Below are positions 26,247-40,920 of a DNA stretch of 64,000 bases, in pieces; position 1 is the stretch's first letter, and every line of letters starts with the position of its first letter. The notes below the pieces were generated by a model. It was not told the DNA's origin and did no database searches. It saw only the letters and a list, made by a program, of their open reading frames with translations. A program made the translations under genes and the position numbers. The DNA is from the human T2T-CHM13v2.0 reference genome, Homo sapiens: assembly GCF_009914755.1 (NCBI RefSeq), contig NC_060926.1, one strand, 5' to 3'.

Positions 26247-27107
26247 AAGGCTTCACCTTTTAACAGGTCCTACTGGAAGCATGTTCAGGACTTTCATGTG
26301 GTCCTAAACTTCGTGAGGGAGAGTGAGAAACTGCCCCCCATCGCAGTGATGAGATTACCGCGTGGAGGTGACTTGGAGGTCCGCCCGCGCCCTGGGATGG
26401 AGCCTCGGCCAAGCTCCCGGGAAAGTACTTAAAAAGGCCACTAGGAAGCGCGCGATGAACGGCGCAAACACCTACGGGACGGCTCGAGATCGCAGGCTGG
26501 CGAGGGCCATCGCAGCTGCCACCCGCACGCCCGACACCGTCCGGGTCCACCTGGGATCGCCGTCCCGGCCCGGGTGGGCGGAGGGGCCCCGACACCACCC
26601 CAGAGCCCCAGCTTTGGAGCTCCCCAACGCCACAGCCAGGCACAGTGCGACCCCGGCAGCAGAGGGGGCACTTGGACCATTTGTTCATAGTCTGGGACCT
26701 CCGGTCCCACGAGAGCGGCTGCGAGAAGGCGACCGACTCCTCCTGCAGCTCCGGGGCCGCGCCTGCGGGGTCGCAGCTCCGGAGAGGACAGGGCCTTGCT
26801 CCAGGCGAGGAGGCCGGGGGCGCCTGGCCAGGACTTGCCCAACGGGTTCCTGGCAGGCATGGACCTGAAACCTGAAACCAAGAAAGGACTGCGAGAGAAA
26901 GTGGATGAGTCCCTTTTAACGCCACCATTTCCGAGTGCAGTTCTTTCTAAACCTTAAAACAAAGCCCAGAAGCCATCAAGGACATGGCTGAGAAGCTAAC
27001 CACGGCATTCACACCAAATTTATCTTCTGCAGTGCGACCAAGCCAAAGGACAACAAATGGGTGTGGGCCGCAGTTGTGCAAATATTTGTATAAGAGCATC
27101 GATTTCA

Positions 27108-27236
27108 GGTGGGCTCAGTGGCTGCGCCTGTAATCCCAGTGCCTTGGGAGGCCGAGGCAGGAGGATCGCTTGAGGCCAGGAGTTGGAGACCAGCCTCAGC
27201 AACACAGTGAGATCCCATCTCTTAAAAAAAAAAGAA
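27108..27236 (+). mobile_element. FLAM/AluJ monomer
   Basis: Monomer with A tail; TSD core TCGATTTCAG on both sides. Confidence 0.85.
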
Positions 27237-27882
27237 AGAATGTCGATTTCAGCATTACTTACCATAATAACAAAAAAAGAAAGAAAGAAGAAATAATAGG
27301 CATTAAGAGGGACCTACTTAAATAAATCCTAGTACATCCATACAACACAATACTATGAATTTATGGAGTTTTTAAAATAAGGTAAATGTTGATGAACTGT
27401 TAAATGAAATACTCTTTCGCCTCACTCATACAAACTAACTGCAAATGGGTCACACACTTAAATGTAAAACATGAAACTATAAAACTTTAAGGGAGAAATT
27501 CTAAAAGAAAAATGGGGGACCTAGAGCTGGATAAATATTTTAGGCTTGATACCAAAAGCATGACCCATAAAAATTTGGATAAATCAGAGTTCATCAAAAC
27601 TTAAAACCTAGGTTCTGTGAAAGACTATCTTAAGAGGATTAAATGATAAAATACAAACCAGTAGAAAAGACAGACATTCCTGGGCGACATTTCAGGTTCT
27701 GTTCCAGACTACCACAATAAAAGCAAATAGGGAAATAAAGCCAGTTACACAAGCTTTTTGGTTTTCCAGTGCATACAAAAGTGGAGTTTACATGAGTTTA
27801 CATATATTATAGTCTATTAAGTGTGCAATAGCATTGCCTCTAAAACAATGTACATTCCTTAATTTTAAAATACCTTATTGCT

Positions 27883-28179
27883 AGCCAGGTGCCATGACTC
27901 ATGCCTGTAAATGTCACTTTGAGGGTTGAAGTGGGAGGATCACTTGAGCCTAGGAGTTCAAGACAGCTTGGGCAACATTGTGAGACCAAATCTCTACCAA
28001 AGAAAAGTTTCTTAAATTAGCTGAGCATGGTGGCACACGCCTGTAGTCCCAGCTACTCAAGAGGCTGAGGTGTGAGGATCACATTAGCCTAGGAGTTAGA
28101 GGCTGGTGTGATCTATGATTGAGCCACTGCACTACGGCCTGGGTGACAGAGCGAGACTCCATCTCAAAAAAAAAAAAAA
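27883..28179 (+). mobile_element. AluJ
   Basis: Diverged dimer with poly-A. Confidence 0.9.
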
Positions 28180-28401
28180 CACTAAATAAATATTGCTTAA
28201 AAATGCTATAGAAGATCTGAGCCTTCAGTGAGTCCTACATAATCTCTTTGCTTCCTTGATGCTGATGACTGCTGATTGATCAGGGTGGTGGTTCCTGAGT
28301 GACCAGCAATTTCTGAAAACAAGATTCATCAATTAAGTTTGCCACATTGAAGAACTATTCCTTTCACAAAAGACTTCTCTGCAGCATGCAGTGTTGTTTG
28401 A

Positions 28402-29104
<703 letters not shown>

Positions 29105-30039
29105 CTAGATGTCTAACTACACCTAGAATGGTGATTCTTTTCTAGGTTTTGAATTTACTCTGCCCAGACCCATCAGAGGAATCACTATCTGTGGCAGCTA
29201 TAGTCTTACAAAATGTATTTCTTAATAAGAATTCAAAGTCAGAATTACTCCTTGACCCATGGGCTACAGAATGGATGTTGTGTAAGCAGACATGTAAACA
29301 ACATTCATCTCCTTGCACATCTCCATCAGAGCTCTTGGGTGACCAGGTGCATTGTCAATAAGCAGTAATATTCTGAAAGGAAGCTTTATTCCCGAGCAGG
29401 TCTCACAGTGGGCTTAAAGTGTTCAGCATATCATGCTGTAAGTAGATGTGCTGCCATCCAGGCTTTGTTTTTCCATTTGTAGAGCACAGGAAGAGTGGGT
29501 TTAGCATAATTTTTAAGGCCCTGGGGTTTTTGCAGTGGTAAATGAGCACTAACTTCCACTTCAAGTCACTGGCTGCATTAGCCCCTAACAAGAGTCAGCC
29601 TGTCCTTTGAAGCTTTGAAGCCAAGGCATTTACTTTGGTTCTTTATCTATGAAAGATCTAGATGGCATCTCACCCAGTAGAAGACTGTTTCATCTGCATT
29701 GAAAATCTGTTGTTTAGTGTAGCTGCCTTCATCAAAGATCTGAACTAGGTCTTCTGGATAATTTACCACAGCTTCTCCATTGGCACTCGCTGCTTCACCC
29801 TGCACTCTTATGTTATGGAGATGGCTTCTTTCCCCCTTAAACTTCATGAGCCAACCTCTGCTAAGCTTCAAACTTCTATTCTGCAGCTTTCTAGCCTCTC
29901 TCAGCTTTCATGAAATTGAAAAGCCTTATGACCTTGCTCTGGATTAGGCTTTGGCATAAGGGAATATTGGGGCTGGTTTGATCTATCCAGACCACTCAAA
30001 CTTTCTCCATATGAGCAATAAGGCTGTTTTTTCTTCCTC

Positions 30040-30350
30040 TTTTTTTTTTGTTTTTTTTTTTTTGAGATGGGGTCTTCCTCTGTTGCCCAGGCTGGAGTGC
30101 AGTGGCACGATCTTTACTCACTGAGGTCTTGACCTCCCAGGCTCAAGCAATCCTCCCACCTCAGCCTCCCGAGTAGCTGGGACTACAGGCATGTGCCACC
30201 ATGCCCAGCTAATTTTTTTATTTTTTGTAGAGACAGGGTTTCACCATGTTGCCCCCAGGCTGATCTGGCCAAACTCCTGGGCTCAAGTGATCTGTTCACC
30301 TTGGCTTCCCAAAGTGCTGGAATTACAGGCGTGAGCCACTGCACCCAGCC
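30040..30350 (-). mobile_element. AluJ
   Basis: Diverged dimer with GGGCTCAAG diagnostic. Confidence 0.9.
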
Positions 30351-30921
30351 TGTTTTGCTTTCTTATCATTTGTGCGTTCACTGGCTTAGCACTTTTAATT
30401 TCCTTCAAGAACTTTTCCTTTGTATTCACAACTGGCTAGCTGTTTCGTGCAAAAGGCCTAGCGTGCTGGTCTGAGCTTTCCACATGCTTTCCTCGGTAGC
30501 TGAGTTTGGGATTTAAAGTGAGAGATGTGCAACTCCTCCTTTCACTTGAACACTTACGAGCCCATAGCAGGCTTACGGATTATTGTATTTTCAATATTGT
30601 TGGGTCTCAGGGAATAGGGAGGTCTGAGGAGAGAGATACAGACAGCTGGATAAACAGCTGGCTGGTGCAGCAGTCAGAGCACACACACCATGTATGGATT
30701 AGGTTCACCGTCTTATGTGGGTGCTGTTCATGGTGCCCCAAACCAATGACAATGATAGCGTCAAAGATCACTGATCACAGATCACCATAACAGATATAGT
30801 AATAATTCAAATGTTTGAAATATGGCGAGAATTACCAAAATGTGACACAGAGACCCAAAGTGAGCACATGCTATTGGAAAAATGGCAGTCTTTTTGGATG
30901 CAGTTTTGCCATAAACCTTCA

Positions 30922-30953
<32 letters not shown>

Positions 30954-31453
30954 GAAAGAAAGAAAGAAAAAAGAAGAAAAGAGCAATATCTGCAAAATAT
31001 GATAAAAATAAAGCAATAAAGTAAAGTGCAATAAAATTAGTCTGCCTGGATTTGCAAATTCTGTCTCCAACCAGTGCTGGGATCCATAATATGCAAAGAA
31101 CCCTCAAAATTAAACATTCTGTGAGTATCAAATTCGAGAATTTGGTATAAAAATGCATCTACTTCTAAAAGTGAAAACTACAACAAAAAGAAGGAGTTGC
31201 TTTGCTTAGAAACTTTTGAAGCACACTGCATTATTTTTATTTATCCGCATGATTGCCAGGTAATCTGCATATCAAAATAAGAGGTTTCAGATGCCATAAA
31301 ATTAATTACCATTGAATTTCTGACAGAGGAGATTTGGGAGAATATAGGCAACATTAAATATAAGAGGAAGTTTGATAAGTTTAAGAACTATGACCACAAA
31401 AGCTTTTTGGATGTGGCAACTTTCAATTAGAACTGATTGAAAGTGAATAAACT

Positions 31454-33625
31454 TTGAGAAGATTTTCTACCACTCTGTGGGTTGTCTGTTTACTCTGCTG
31501 ATTGTTTCTTTTGCTGTGCAGAAGCTTTTTAGTTAAGTCCCATCTATTTATCTTTTTGTTGCATTTGCTTTTGGGTTCTTGGTCATGAAGTGTTTGCATA
31601 AGCCAGTCATCTAGCAGGGTTTTTCTGATGTTATCATCTAGAATTTTTATGGTTTCAGGTCTTAGATTTAAGTCTTTGATCCATCTTGACTTGATTTTTA
31701 TATAAGATGACAGAGCTCTTTCCTTCTGCTGCTGCGGCTGCAGCCATGAGTACTGCTCAGGCTTCAGAAGAGGCTCGCCTCTAGTGTCCTCCACTGTGGC
31801 AAGAAGGAGGTCTAGTTGGACCCCAGTGAGACCAATGAAATTGCTAATGCCAACTCTCATCAGCAGATCCAGAAGCTGATCAAAGATGGGCTGATCATCC
31901 ACAAGCCTGTGATTGTCCATTCCCAGGCTCAATGCTGGAAAAACACCTTGGCCTGCTGGAAGGGCAGGCACATGGGCATAGGTAAGCAGAAGCGTACAGC
32001 CAATGCCCAAATACCAGAGAAGGTCACATGGATGAGGAAAATACTGCACCGGCTGCTCAGAAGATACCGTGAATCGAAGAAGATTGATGGCCACATGTAT
32101 CACAGCCTGTACCTGAAGGTAAAGGGGAATGTATTCAAAAACAAGTGGATTGTCATGGAACACATCAACAAGCTGAAGGCAGACAAGGCCCACAAGAAGC
32201 TCCTGGCTGACCAGGCTGAGGCCCCCAGGTCTAAGACCTAGGAGGCACGCAAGCACCTTGAAGAGTGCCTCCAGGCCAAGAAGGAAGAGATCATCAAGAC
32301 TGCCCAAAGAGGAAGAGACCAAGAAATAAAAGCTCCCCCTTTGTCTGTACATACTGCCCTCTGTGATTACATAGATCAGCCATTAAAATAAAACAAGCCT
32401 TAAAAAAAAAAGATGAGAGATGAGGATCTAGTTTCATTCTTCTGCATGTGGCTTGCCAATTGTCCCAGCACCATCTGTTGAACAGGGTGTCCTTTCCCCA
32501 TGTTATGTTTTTGTTTGCTTTGTCTAAGATCAGTTGGCTGTAAGTATTTGGTTATATTTCTGGGTTCTGTATTCTTTCCATTGATCTATGAGCCTATTTT
32601 CATATCAGTACCATGCTGTTTTGATGACCATGGCCTTATAGCAGAGTTTGAAGTTGGGTAATGTGATGTTCCAGATTTGTTCTTTTTGCATAGTCTTGCT
32701 TTGGCTATGTGGGCTCTTTCTTGGTTTCCTGTGAATTTTAGGATTGTTTTCTCTAGCTCTGTGATGAATGATGGTGGTATTTTGATGAGAATTGTGCTGA
32801 ATTTGTACATTGTTTTTGGCGGTATGGTCCTTTTCACCATATTGATTCTACCCACCCATGAGCATGGGATGTGTTTCCATTTGTTTGTGTCATCTATAAT
32901 TTCTTTCAGAAGTGTTTTGTAGTTTTCCTTGTAGAGGTCTTTCATGTCCTTGTTTAGGTATAAACCTAAGAGGGTTTGTGTGTGTGTGTGTGGTTTTTTT
33001 TGCAGCTATTGTAAAAGGGGTTGAGTTCTTGATTTGATTCTCAGCTTGGTCTCTGTTGGTGTATAGCAGAGCTACTGATTTCTGTACATTAATTTTGTAT
33101 CCTGAAACTTTGTTGAATTCATTTATACATCTGACAAAGGACTAATATCCAGAATCTACAAAGAACTCAAACAAATCCGCCAAAAGAAAACAAACACTCC
33201 CATCAAGAAGTGAGCAAAGGACATGAACAGACAATTCTCAAAAGATACACAAATGGCCAACAAACATAAGGAAAAATGCTCAACATCACTAATGATCAGG
33301 GAAATGCAAATCAAAACCACAATGTGATACCACCTTACTCCTGCAAGAATGGCCATAATAATAAAAAATAGATGTTGACATGCATATTGTGAAAAGGGAA
33401 CACTTAAGGCATGAGGCATGAGATATAATGGACTTTGGAGACTTGGGGGAAAGTGGGGAGGGGAGTGAGGAATAAAAGACTACACATTGGGTACAGTGCA
33501 TACTGTTTGGGTAATAGGTGCACCAAAAGCTCAGAAATCACTACTAAACAACTTATTTATGTCATCGAATACCACCTGTTCCCCAAAAACCAATCGGAAT
33601 AAAAATATAAACAAAAACAAAAAAA
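31454..33625. mobile_element. L1PB-like element with 5' inversion (31454-~33123 minus; ~33124-33625 plus)
   Basis: ORF2 remnant [29 protein letters not shown]; 15-bp TSD GAAAGTGAATAAACT at 31439-31453 and 33626-33640. Confidence 0.88.
31715..32409 (+). pseudogene. RPL19: RPL19 processed pseudogene
   Basis: 5'TOP GCTCTTTCCTT, ATG 31746, [43 protein letters not shown]; early frameshift and TAG stops; intronless, poly-A, TSD AAGATGA(C/G)AGA. Confidence 0.96.
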
Positions 33626-33923
33626 GAAAGTGAATAAACTACCATGAATAAAGCTAATAATTAAAGTTATTTTAATTATCCATCTAGAGGACTTATTGGC
33701 TAGTGTTACCTTCCAACAGCTATGGTTATGTGCCACAGTTTGTAACAATGGGATATGAGTGGAAATGATCACTGACTTTACTAAATCTTGGCCTTAAAAC
33801 ATGCACTTCATCTTCTACCCCCTTCCCCTTCCCGTTGCAAAGTCATGGTGATAAACCAGGTTTGTTCATGCAGATGACAATACTTTTGGAAATGATGGCA
33901 GAGAAATAAAATGAAAAGAATAT

Positions 33924-34327
33924 TGTTGTGGGAGAATGATGGCTGGTGGTGTAGGGGTAAAAGAATTTACAAAGAGAGTTGTAGGTAAAGAAAGGCAGAT
34001 TTATTAGAGAAAGTAGAAAAATATGTTACCAGGGAGACAATGGGCAAGTCAGCAGAAGCTCACTGCAAGGAAACAAAAGCTTGCCAGAGATTTTATAGCA
34101 CGGTGTTCATGCTGTCTATTGAAGAAGGCTTTGTGTAGAAGGTTGCAGTGAGCTAACTTGCAGGTGTCTGGTGATAGCTGGGCACAGGAAGACAGTGAGC
34201 TACTTGTGCAGGACAGCTATGAGTCCTGGACCATGAAGAAAGGCAGATTTGTGGCTTATCTGCTTTCTCTTTTTGCTTTCCCTTGCTCCTACCAGCCTGA
34301 CTTCTTTTCCCCAATTAGGACTCCGCA
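33924..34327 (-). mobile_element. LTR18-family solo LTR (ERVL class)
   Basis: TG..CA ends, 5-bp TSD AATAT; minus strand TGCGGAGTCCTAATTGGGGAAAAGAAGTCAGGCTGG. Confidence 0.75.
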
Positions 34328-37109
34328 AATATAGTTCACTTAATGATCACGTAAATTGGAGTTTATTACCCATGTGACTTTTGCATATATCCAGACTAAT
34401 ATGTGACAATATATATTTCTACTTTGTCTGTGCCACAGTATTTGTATATCTTTAGTTGTCTGATCTACAGTATTGTATGTCTTGTTATGGAACAACTTAT
34501 ACTAGTATAGAATTATTAGCTGTGTTTTAAAATTTTTTTGTAGACATGTTGTGTGTTCTCACATCCAATAGAAGTGTGTAACAGGTTATCTTCTACCCAT
34601 TTTTCTCAATATCTGTGTCATTTCAAAATCCATCAATTGTGGAGGCAAAAGGAACATACTTATCTTTTTTGTAATAATGAGGTTAAGTATATTTTTATTT
34701 TTGTAGAAATTTGCAATTTTTGGTCTTTTTATATGTTTTGATCACTTTCCATTTTTTAGAGTTCTGTAACTAATTTGTAGCCAATGGGTAAGATTTATCT
34801 GGTTTATCAGGTATGGTTTATTTAAAAGCCATTTTTTCCATTTTGTTACCTTTTGTTAATTATTTTATAAGCTTTTTGGCTACAGATTAGTTTTGTTTAT
34901 TTCCAACGCATTAATATTTTCTTTTTTTCTTCTTTGTATATGTGCTTGGAAGACCTTCTTCTGTGATATCAGATCAAACTCAGATATTCAAGATTTGTTG
35001 CTAAGACATTATTTCATTAGCGTAGAAAAGAAATTAAGTTAATTTACCTTAATATTTATAAATCAAGTTAAACTCACATAACAATATGGTAAATATTATT
35101 TTGCATAGTTCAGGAATGTGTTTAATGATTTTACTTGAACTGACTGACTGGCTACAAGTCAATGAATTTGTGCTTGGTAAAGATTCAGCATCAAAAACTA
35201 CATAATTCTTAGATCAAAAGTAAGGTGTATCATTTCAGTTGAAATAAATTACTTATAACAGTTTTGAGGTATAACTGACATAAAATAAACTCACATAGTG
35301 TATTTTTTTCATCAAAGAATGCAAAATTTCAACAGATTTGAAAAGGGTATATATAACCCAAAACATTAGTGAGTACTTATTCTCTAATTTATTCTTCCTA
35401 ATAAGATTAATGTTGGTCTAAGTTTATCATGTGTATGATTTATCATATGGAAAAAAATGTTCCTTTAAAGCTAATTCTTAAATATGTGCACTGAAGATTC
35501 TCAAATAACATTTAGACAAATACAACGATAATATTGTGATTTCTTGTATAGTGGTTGCATTATTTATCATGTTATATAAGAATTTCCTTTTAGCTTTGAG
35601 GTGAAATAGTTTCTGCCACTAATATTTTCTATGCTGCTAATATAAAATTAGCATTAAATTTTTTTATTCCTTGAATAACTATTTACAACATATTAGTAGG
35701 GTTATAGATCTTTAAAAAAACATAGCTATTCCAGTATCTAGTTATGCAACTAACTTTTTGCCACATCTCTAAAACATTGTAATGGACAGATTATTTTTTA
35801 AAAATACAACACACTGGCATTTATTTGTAATACAGTTTTGCTTTGTTGTTTGTTAATTCCATTGTGTAGGGAAAAAAAGAAAAAAAGGAAGAGGAAGAGA
35901 TGGAGAAGAAATAAGAATACAAACAAGAAATAGAAAAAGCAGCTAAGAAAATGAAGAGGAGCAAGAATAAGATGAGAAGATGAAGACAAGTCAAGAAGAA
36001 AGGAGAAAAAGCAGGTGAGGGAATTTAGAAACCCTCTTATACGATAAATCTATTTTTCCCTCACTGATTCATAAAATTTGAAAACATCCAGGACTATCAC
36101 AACCAAAAACAAACAAAAAGATACAAAAATAATTATGCCCGAAATTTTTTAAATGTACATATGTATTTTTTGCTATGACAAAGCCTCTCTTCTCACTTAC
36201 TAGTTTTATCAATGCTTGCTTCAATATTTCAGAAATAGAATTTTTCATGTTGTGACTTTCCTGAATTGTCAAGAGATTGAATTTGGATTGAACTCTGGAA
36301 TTTATTGATTATCAATATTTTAATAGCACAGGACAAGTATATATTTTTCAGGAAATATGTTTTGCATGGTGTTTTACCCTAATAATTTACTTTCATAGAG
36401 TGATTAAAACTCTGCAAACAGTAAGCATGATATTTAAGTATTCAAATATTTTTAAATATTTGTCATTTTCTTTGATAAATGTCATAACTTTCAAATGTAT
36501 ATATCTGAGGTAACAGTGAGTTTGAATTTTTCCATCACTGACTATATTATAAATAAGTCAATTAGCTCTTATTAGTATTAGGCTTTTGTTATTGATGTGA
36601 ACCTACTCAATATTATACAAAATAAGTTACTATTTATACTTCAAACCTGTGATGGTGGTTTTTAAATTATAGCAAAAATACATATAAAATTTACCATCTT
36701 AATCATTTTAAGTGTACAGATCATAAGTATTAACTATATTCACACTGCTGTGCAACAGATTTGCAGAAATTTCCCATCTGGCAAAACTGTAATTCTAAAG
36801 CCACTGAGTAACAACTCCCCATTTCCTGCCTCTTGTGGTGGTTTTAAATACAATGCAATATATACTAGCTGAAAATAGAAAAAAGAAATATACGAAAATA
36901 TTAAATGCATAGCACAAAAAATGAATAATAGGATAACTTTGGCTATGACTTTAAATGAGAGAATCCAAAGTAAAATAATGGTATATAATATAAATATATA
37001 AAATGCACAAGTACACTTAAAATATTTAAAATTTAATATTAACAAAAATAAATGTAATATACCACACAAATAGGTATTCAACAAAACTAAATACAATTAT
37101 GTTTAATAT

Positions 37110-38070
37110 TTTTAACTATGTTATACCATGAATAAAATCCTATCAACTTTTGAATATCTAGGCAAGGAAACCAACTACATCTCTTCTTTAAGAAAGATCC
37201 CACAATGAAAACTATAACACATTGATGAGATATTAAAGCAGACACAAGTACATGGAAACATATCCTATGTCCATGCACTAGAATATTGTTAAAATATCTA
37301 TATCACCCAATGTGATCTACAGAAACAGTGCAATCCATGTTAAATTACAAAAGACATTCTTCATAGAAATAAAAAACTAACATTCACATGGAAATCCAAA
37401 ATACCTCAGGTAGACAAAATAATCTTGAAAAAAAAGAAAAAAGCTGGAGGCATGACACTCCCTGATTTCAAAATATACTACAAATCTATAGTAACCAAAG
37501 CAACATGGTACTGTCAAAAAAAAGCGGGGCAGGAGAGACAGAGAAAGAGACGAATGACAGACAGACAGACATAGTCAAATAAAACAGAAAACAGAAATTC
37601 ACACATTTACAGTGAACTCATTTTTAACAAAGGCACCAAGAACACACATTCGGGAAGGACAATCTCTTCAATAAACTGTGCTACGAAAGCCCAACCCACA
37701 TGTAGAAGACTGTATCTAGACCATTATCTTAACATACACAAAAATCAACTCAAAGATTTAGGACCTGAAACTGTGAAACCACTGGAGAAAAAAACATAGA
37801 ATGAATGCTTCATTCAATTGGTTAGAACAAGGAATTTTCAAATAGACATCAAAAGCACAAGCAACAAAAGCAAAAATAGACAAATGCAATTACATTAAAC
37901 TTAAAAGCTTCAGCAAGGTGGAGGAAGCAGTAGAATTAAGAAACAATCCAGAGAATGGCAGAAAGTATTTGGAAACTATGCATCAGGCAAGGGGTTAATA
38001 AAAAAAAATAAAGAAATAAAACTACTCAAAAGCAAAAATACAAATAATCTGATTTTAAAAATCAGAAAAA
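37110..38070 (+). mobile_element. Old L1 (L1M) ORF2 3' fragment
   Basis: AAAGCTGGAGGCATGACACTCCCTGATTTCAAAATATACTACAAA and similar L1 motifs. Confidence 0.8.
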
Positions 38071-40920
38071 TATCTACCCAAAACCTTTGTCTCCCACCAT
38101 TATTTCCCCACCTTCTTTTCCCGACCGCCTTTGGCCCCCTCCCTCTCGCCACCCTTTTTCTTCCTCCATCTACCCCAAAACTTTTTCCCCACCATCTTTT
38201 CCCCACCGTCCTTTTGCAATGCCTTCTCGTGCTCGCTACCCTCTTTTCCCTTTGGCACCAACCACGCTGTTTAGCCCCCTCCATCTATCCCAAAACTAGT
38301 TTCCTTCTCCTACCACTCCAGCCGCGCTGCAGTCTCCGTGGCCACCACCAACAGTCACCACCAACAACCAGAGGGAGGCGAGCTGTGGGGTCACAAGCTC
38401 CAGCCTCCAGCGTACTGCCAGCGATTTCCCATTCCTGGTCCTCCAAGCCAGGCACTGAGCAGCTCAACAGTCCAGCCACGCTGCAGTCTCTGTTGCCACC
38501 ACCAACCGCAGCGAGGTGGGCCGCAGTGTTGCACGCTCCAGCCTACAGCTGGGGATTTCCCATTCCTGGTCCTCTAAGCCAGAGACTGAGCAACTCAACA
38601 CGAAGGTATGGGAAACTGGAAGGGCCTGACTTCCCTTCGGCATCAGAGTTATGCACATGGGGGTTCCTGTACTGCATGTTCTGATTGGATGAGAAAAAAC
38701 CTCCAGGCTTACTCGGATTGGACTTTATTATCATGTTCTGATTGGATGAGAGCAAGTCTTAAAACAAGCAATCACAGCATGAAAATAAAGTCCAATTAGA
38801 GTAGGCCTTCGGGTTTTCTCTCATCCAATCAGAACATGTAGTCCAGGAACCGCAGGTGCGTAACCTCAGTATATAAAGCATGCAGAGGCAGTGTCAGGTC
38901 ATTTTAGGCTCTTCTGTGTTAGCGCTGTGTACGTGGCTTAGAGAACTAGGAGAAGAGGCCACTGCCTGCCACTGGCTGGAGCCCGGGGCACTGGCTAGCT
39001 GTGGTTGGTGGTGGCGACGGAGCAGTAGGAGGGCGACGGGCAGTGGGAGTTTTTCCTGCCAGGCTGGAGGACAAGGAGAAGGGAGAGGCATTGCCGCATG
39101 TTGGAGGCTGAAGCCTGCGCCACCGAGGCTCCCCTCGCTGGGGTTGGTGGTGACGTCGGACACTACAGCTCAGCTAGAGTGGTAGAAATGTCGTGGGGTA
39201 GGTGAGTTTTCCAGGGCTGCACTGCCTGCCTCTGGGGGCAGGGGTTGGGTGTCCCATTGGGTCTCACCACCAGAGGCTGCACTGCCTGTGGCAGGAGACT
39301 GGTTGGGGGCACTCTCTGGGGTTGAATTGCTGGCAGTGGGGCAGGTTGGCTGGCTATGGGGGGCTACATTGCCTGCAGTGGTGGGGGTGGTGTGGGGAGG
39401 CAGGTTGTGTGCACTAACGTGTACTGCCAGTGGAGGGGGATGGGTTGGGGTGCTATCTTCTGTGCACTACTGGTGGCAGGGGGTGGGTTGGGTGGAGTTC
39501 TTTGGGGCTACAATGCTGGCAGTAGGGGGTGGTTTAGGGGCATTGTCGGGTGCTGCACTGTCCGTGACTGGGGGTGCGCTATCAGGAGCTGCACTGCTCG
39601 AGGTGGGGTTGGGGGGGCAGGTTTCGGGTGCTATCTAGTGCAGCAACACCCATGGCTGGGTCAGGTTGTGGGCACTATTGGGTGCTACACTGCCTGCTCT
39701 GGGGGAGGGAGGGTGCTTTGGGGGGGATATTGGGGTTACACACCCTGCAGCTGGTGCGGGGTTTGTTTGGTGTGCTATCCAGGGGCTACACTGTTGGTGG
39801 CAGGCAGCAGGCAGCAGGTTAGGGGTGCTATCAGGGGCTACACTGCTAGTGGCGTTGGCAGGCTGCGGAGGTGGCAGTGACAGCAGTGGCCTCCTTCCTC
39901 CTTCAGGTGGTCTCCAAGGAAGGGACCGTTCTCCTCTTCCCCAATTCCAGACTCTAGAGAGTGATCTCCTCCTCCTTGCACAATCTTGAGTATGACAGGG
40001 CCCCCACACCCACCGTGGTTCCCTGGCCCATGCTCTCATGCTCTGTGTTGCAGAGACAACCTGGGACTACTGGGCAGGGAGTAGTGGGCACCACTGTGGT
40101 GGGGGTGGGGGGATAGGGCACTGTGGGTGGAGGCATCAGGAACGGGAACCAGAACTTGGGTGGGCAGGGCTGGCTGGGCCTGAGTTTCTCCTACTCCTGC
40201 TCCCTGAGGAGTGCAGCCCTGGTGGACCCAGCAATTTCTGTCCAGCAGGACCTGACCTAGGGCTGGTTTCAGCAAAGGCACACACACTCACCCTGGGCCC
40301 CAGTTCCTGGCCAGCTTTTGCCAGAAGGAGAGGCTGGACTTTGGAGGGTGGGTGTGAGTGCCTTTGCTGAAACTGGTCCCTGCCACCCAGTGGCCAGCGT
40401 GACAAGGTGAGGCTCTAATGCTACCACTCCCTGCATCCCGTTTTAGGCTTTTCTAGCTTTGCCCATCTAGCTGCTCCAAGCCAGGCTGGAGGAGGAGGAA
40501 GAGGAGGAGTCATCTATGGTACATTGGAGCCTGCAGATGGCATGGCTTTGCAGCTCGCCTTATGCGGTTGGTGGCAGCAACAGAGACTGCAGCTCCCCCG
40601 GAGCAGTAGGAGGGCTACTGCGGGTCCAGGTGGTAGGAGCCTTGCAGGGTGGGCTGGCGCATTGAGGGCGACAGCAGTTGTATTGGCATCGGTGCTAGTG
40701 GTGGTAGCAGCAGCAAGTCTGGGGATCTGGAGCACTGCAGGACCCAGCCCGACCTGGGGTGGGGAGGAACTTGCCGGTGCTGTACTGTGGGCCATGGTGG
40801 CAGTGGTGGAGGTGCACCTAGAGCAAGAAGGAGTCCTCCCCCTTTTCCTGCCATCTCTAAAGGGTGCCCTCCTCCTGCTAGTGCCTGAGGCAGGCATGAG
40901 TGGCACCATTGTCTCATTCT
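38070..40920. repeat. REP522-like palindromic GC-rich repeat
   Basis: Central inverted repeat at 38647-38866; degenerate GGGGCTACACTGCCTG-type units at 39200-39880; CCACCA/TGGTGG mirrored flanks. Confidence 0.65.

Noticed and set aside
31423-32352. 309-aa minus-strand ORF
   Set aside because: Antisense of the RPL19 retrocopy running into L1 ORF2.
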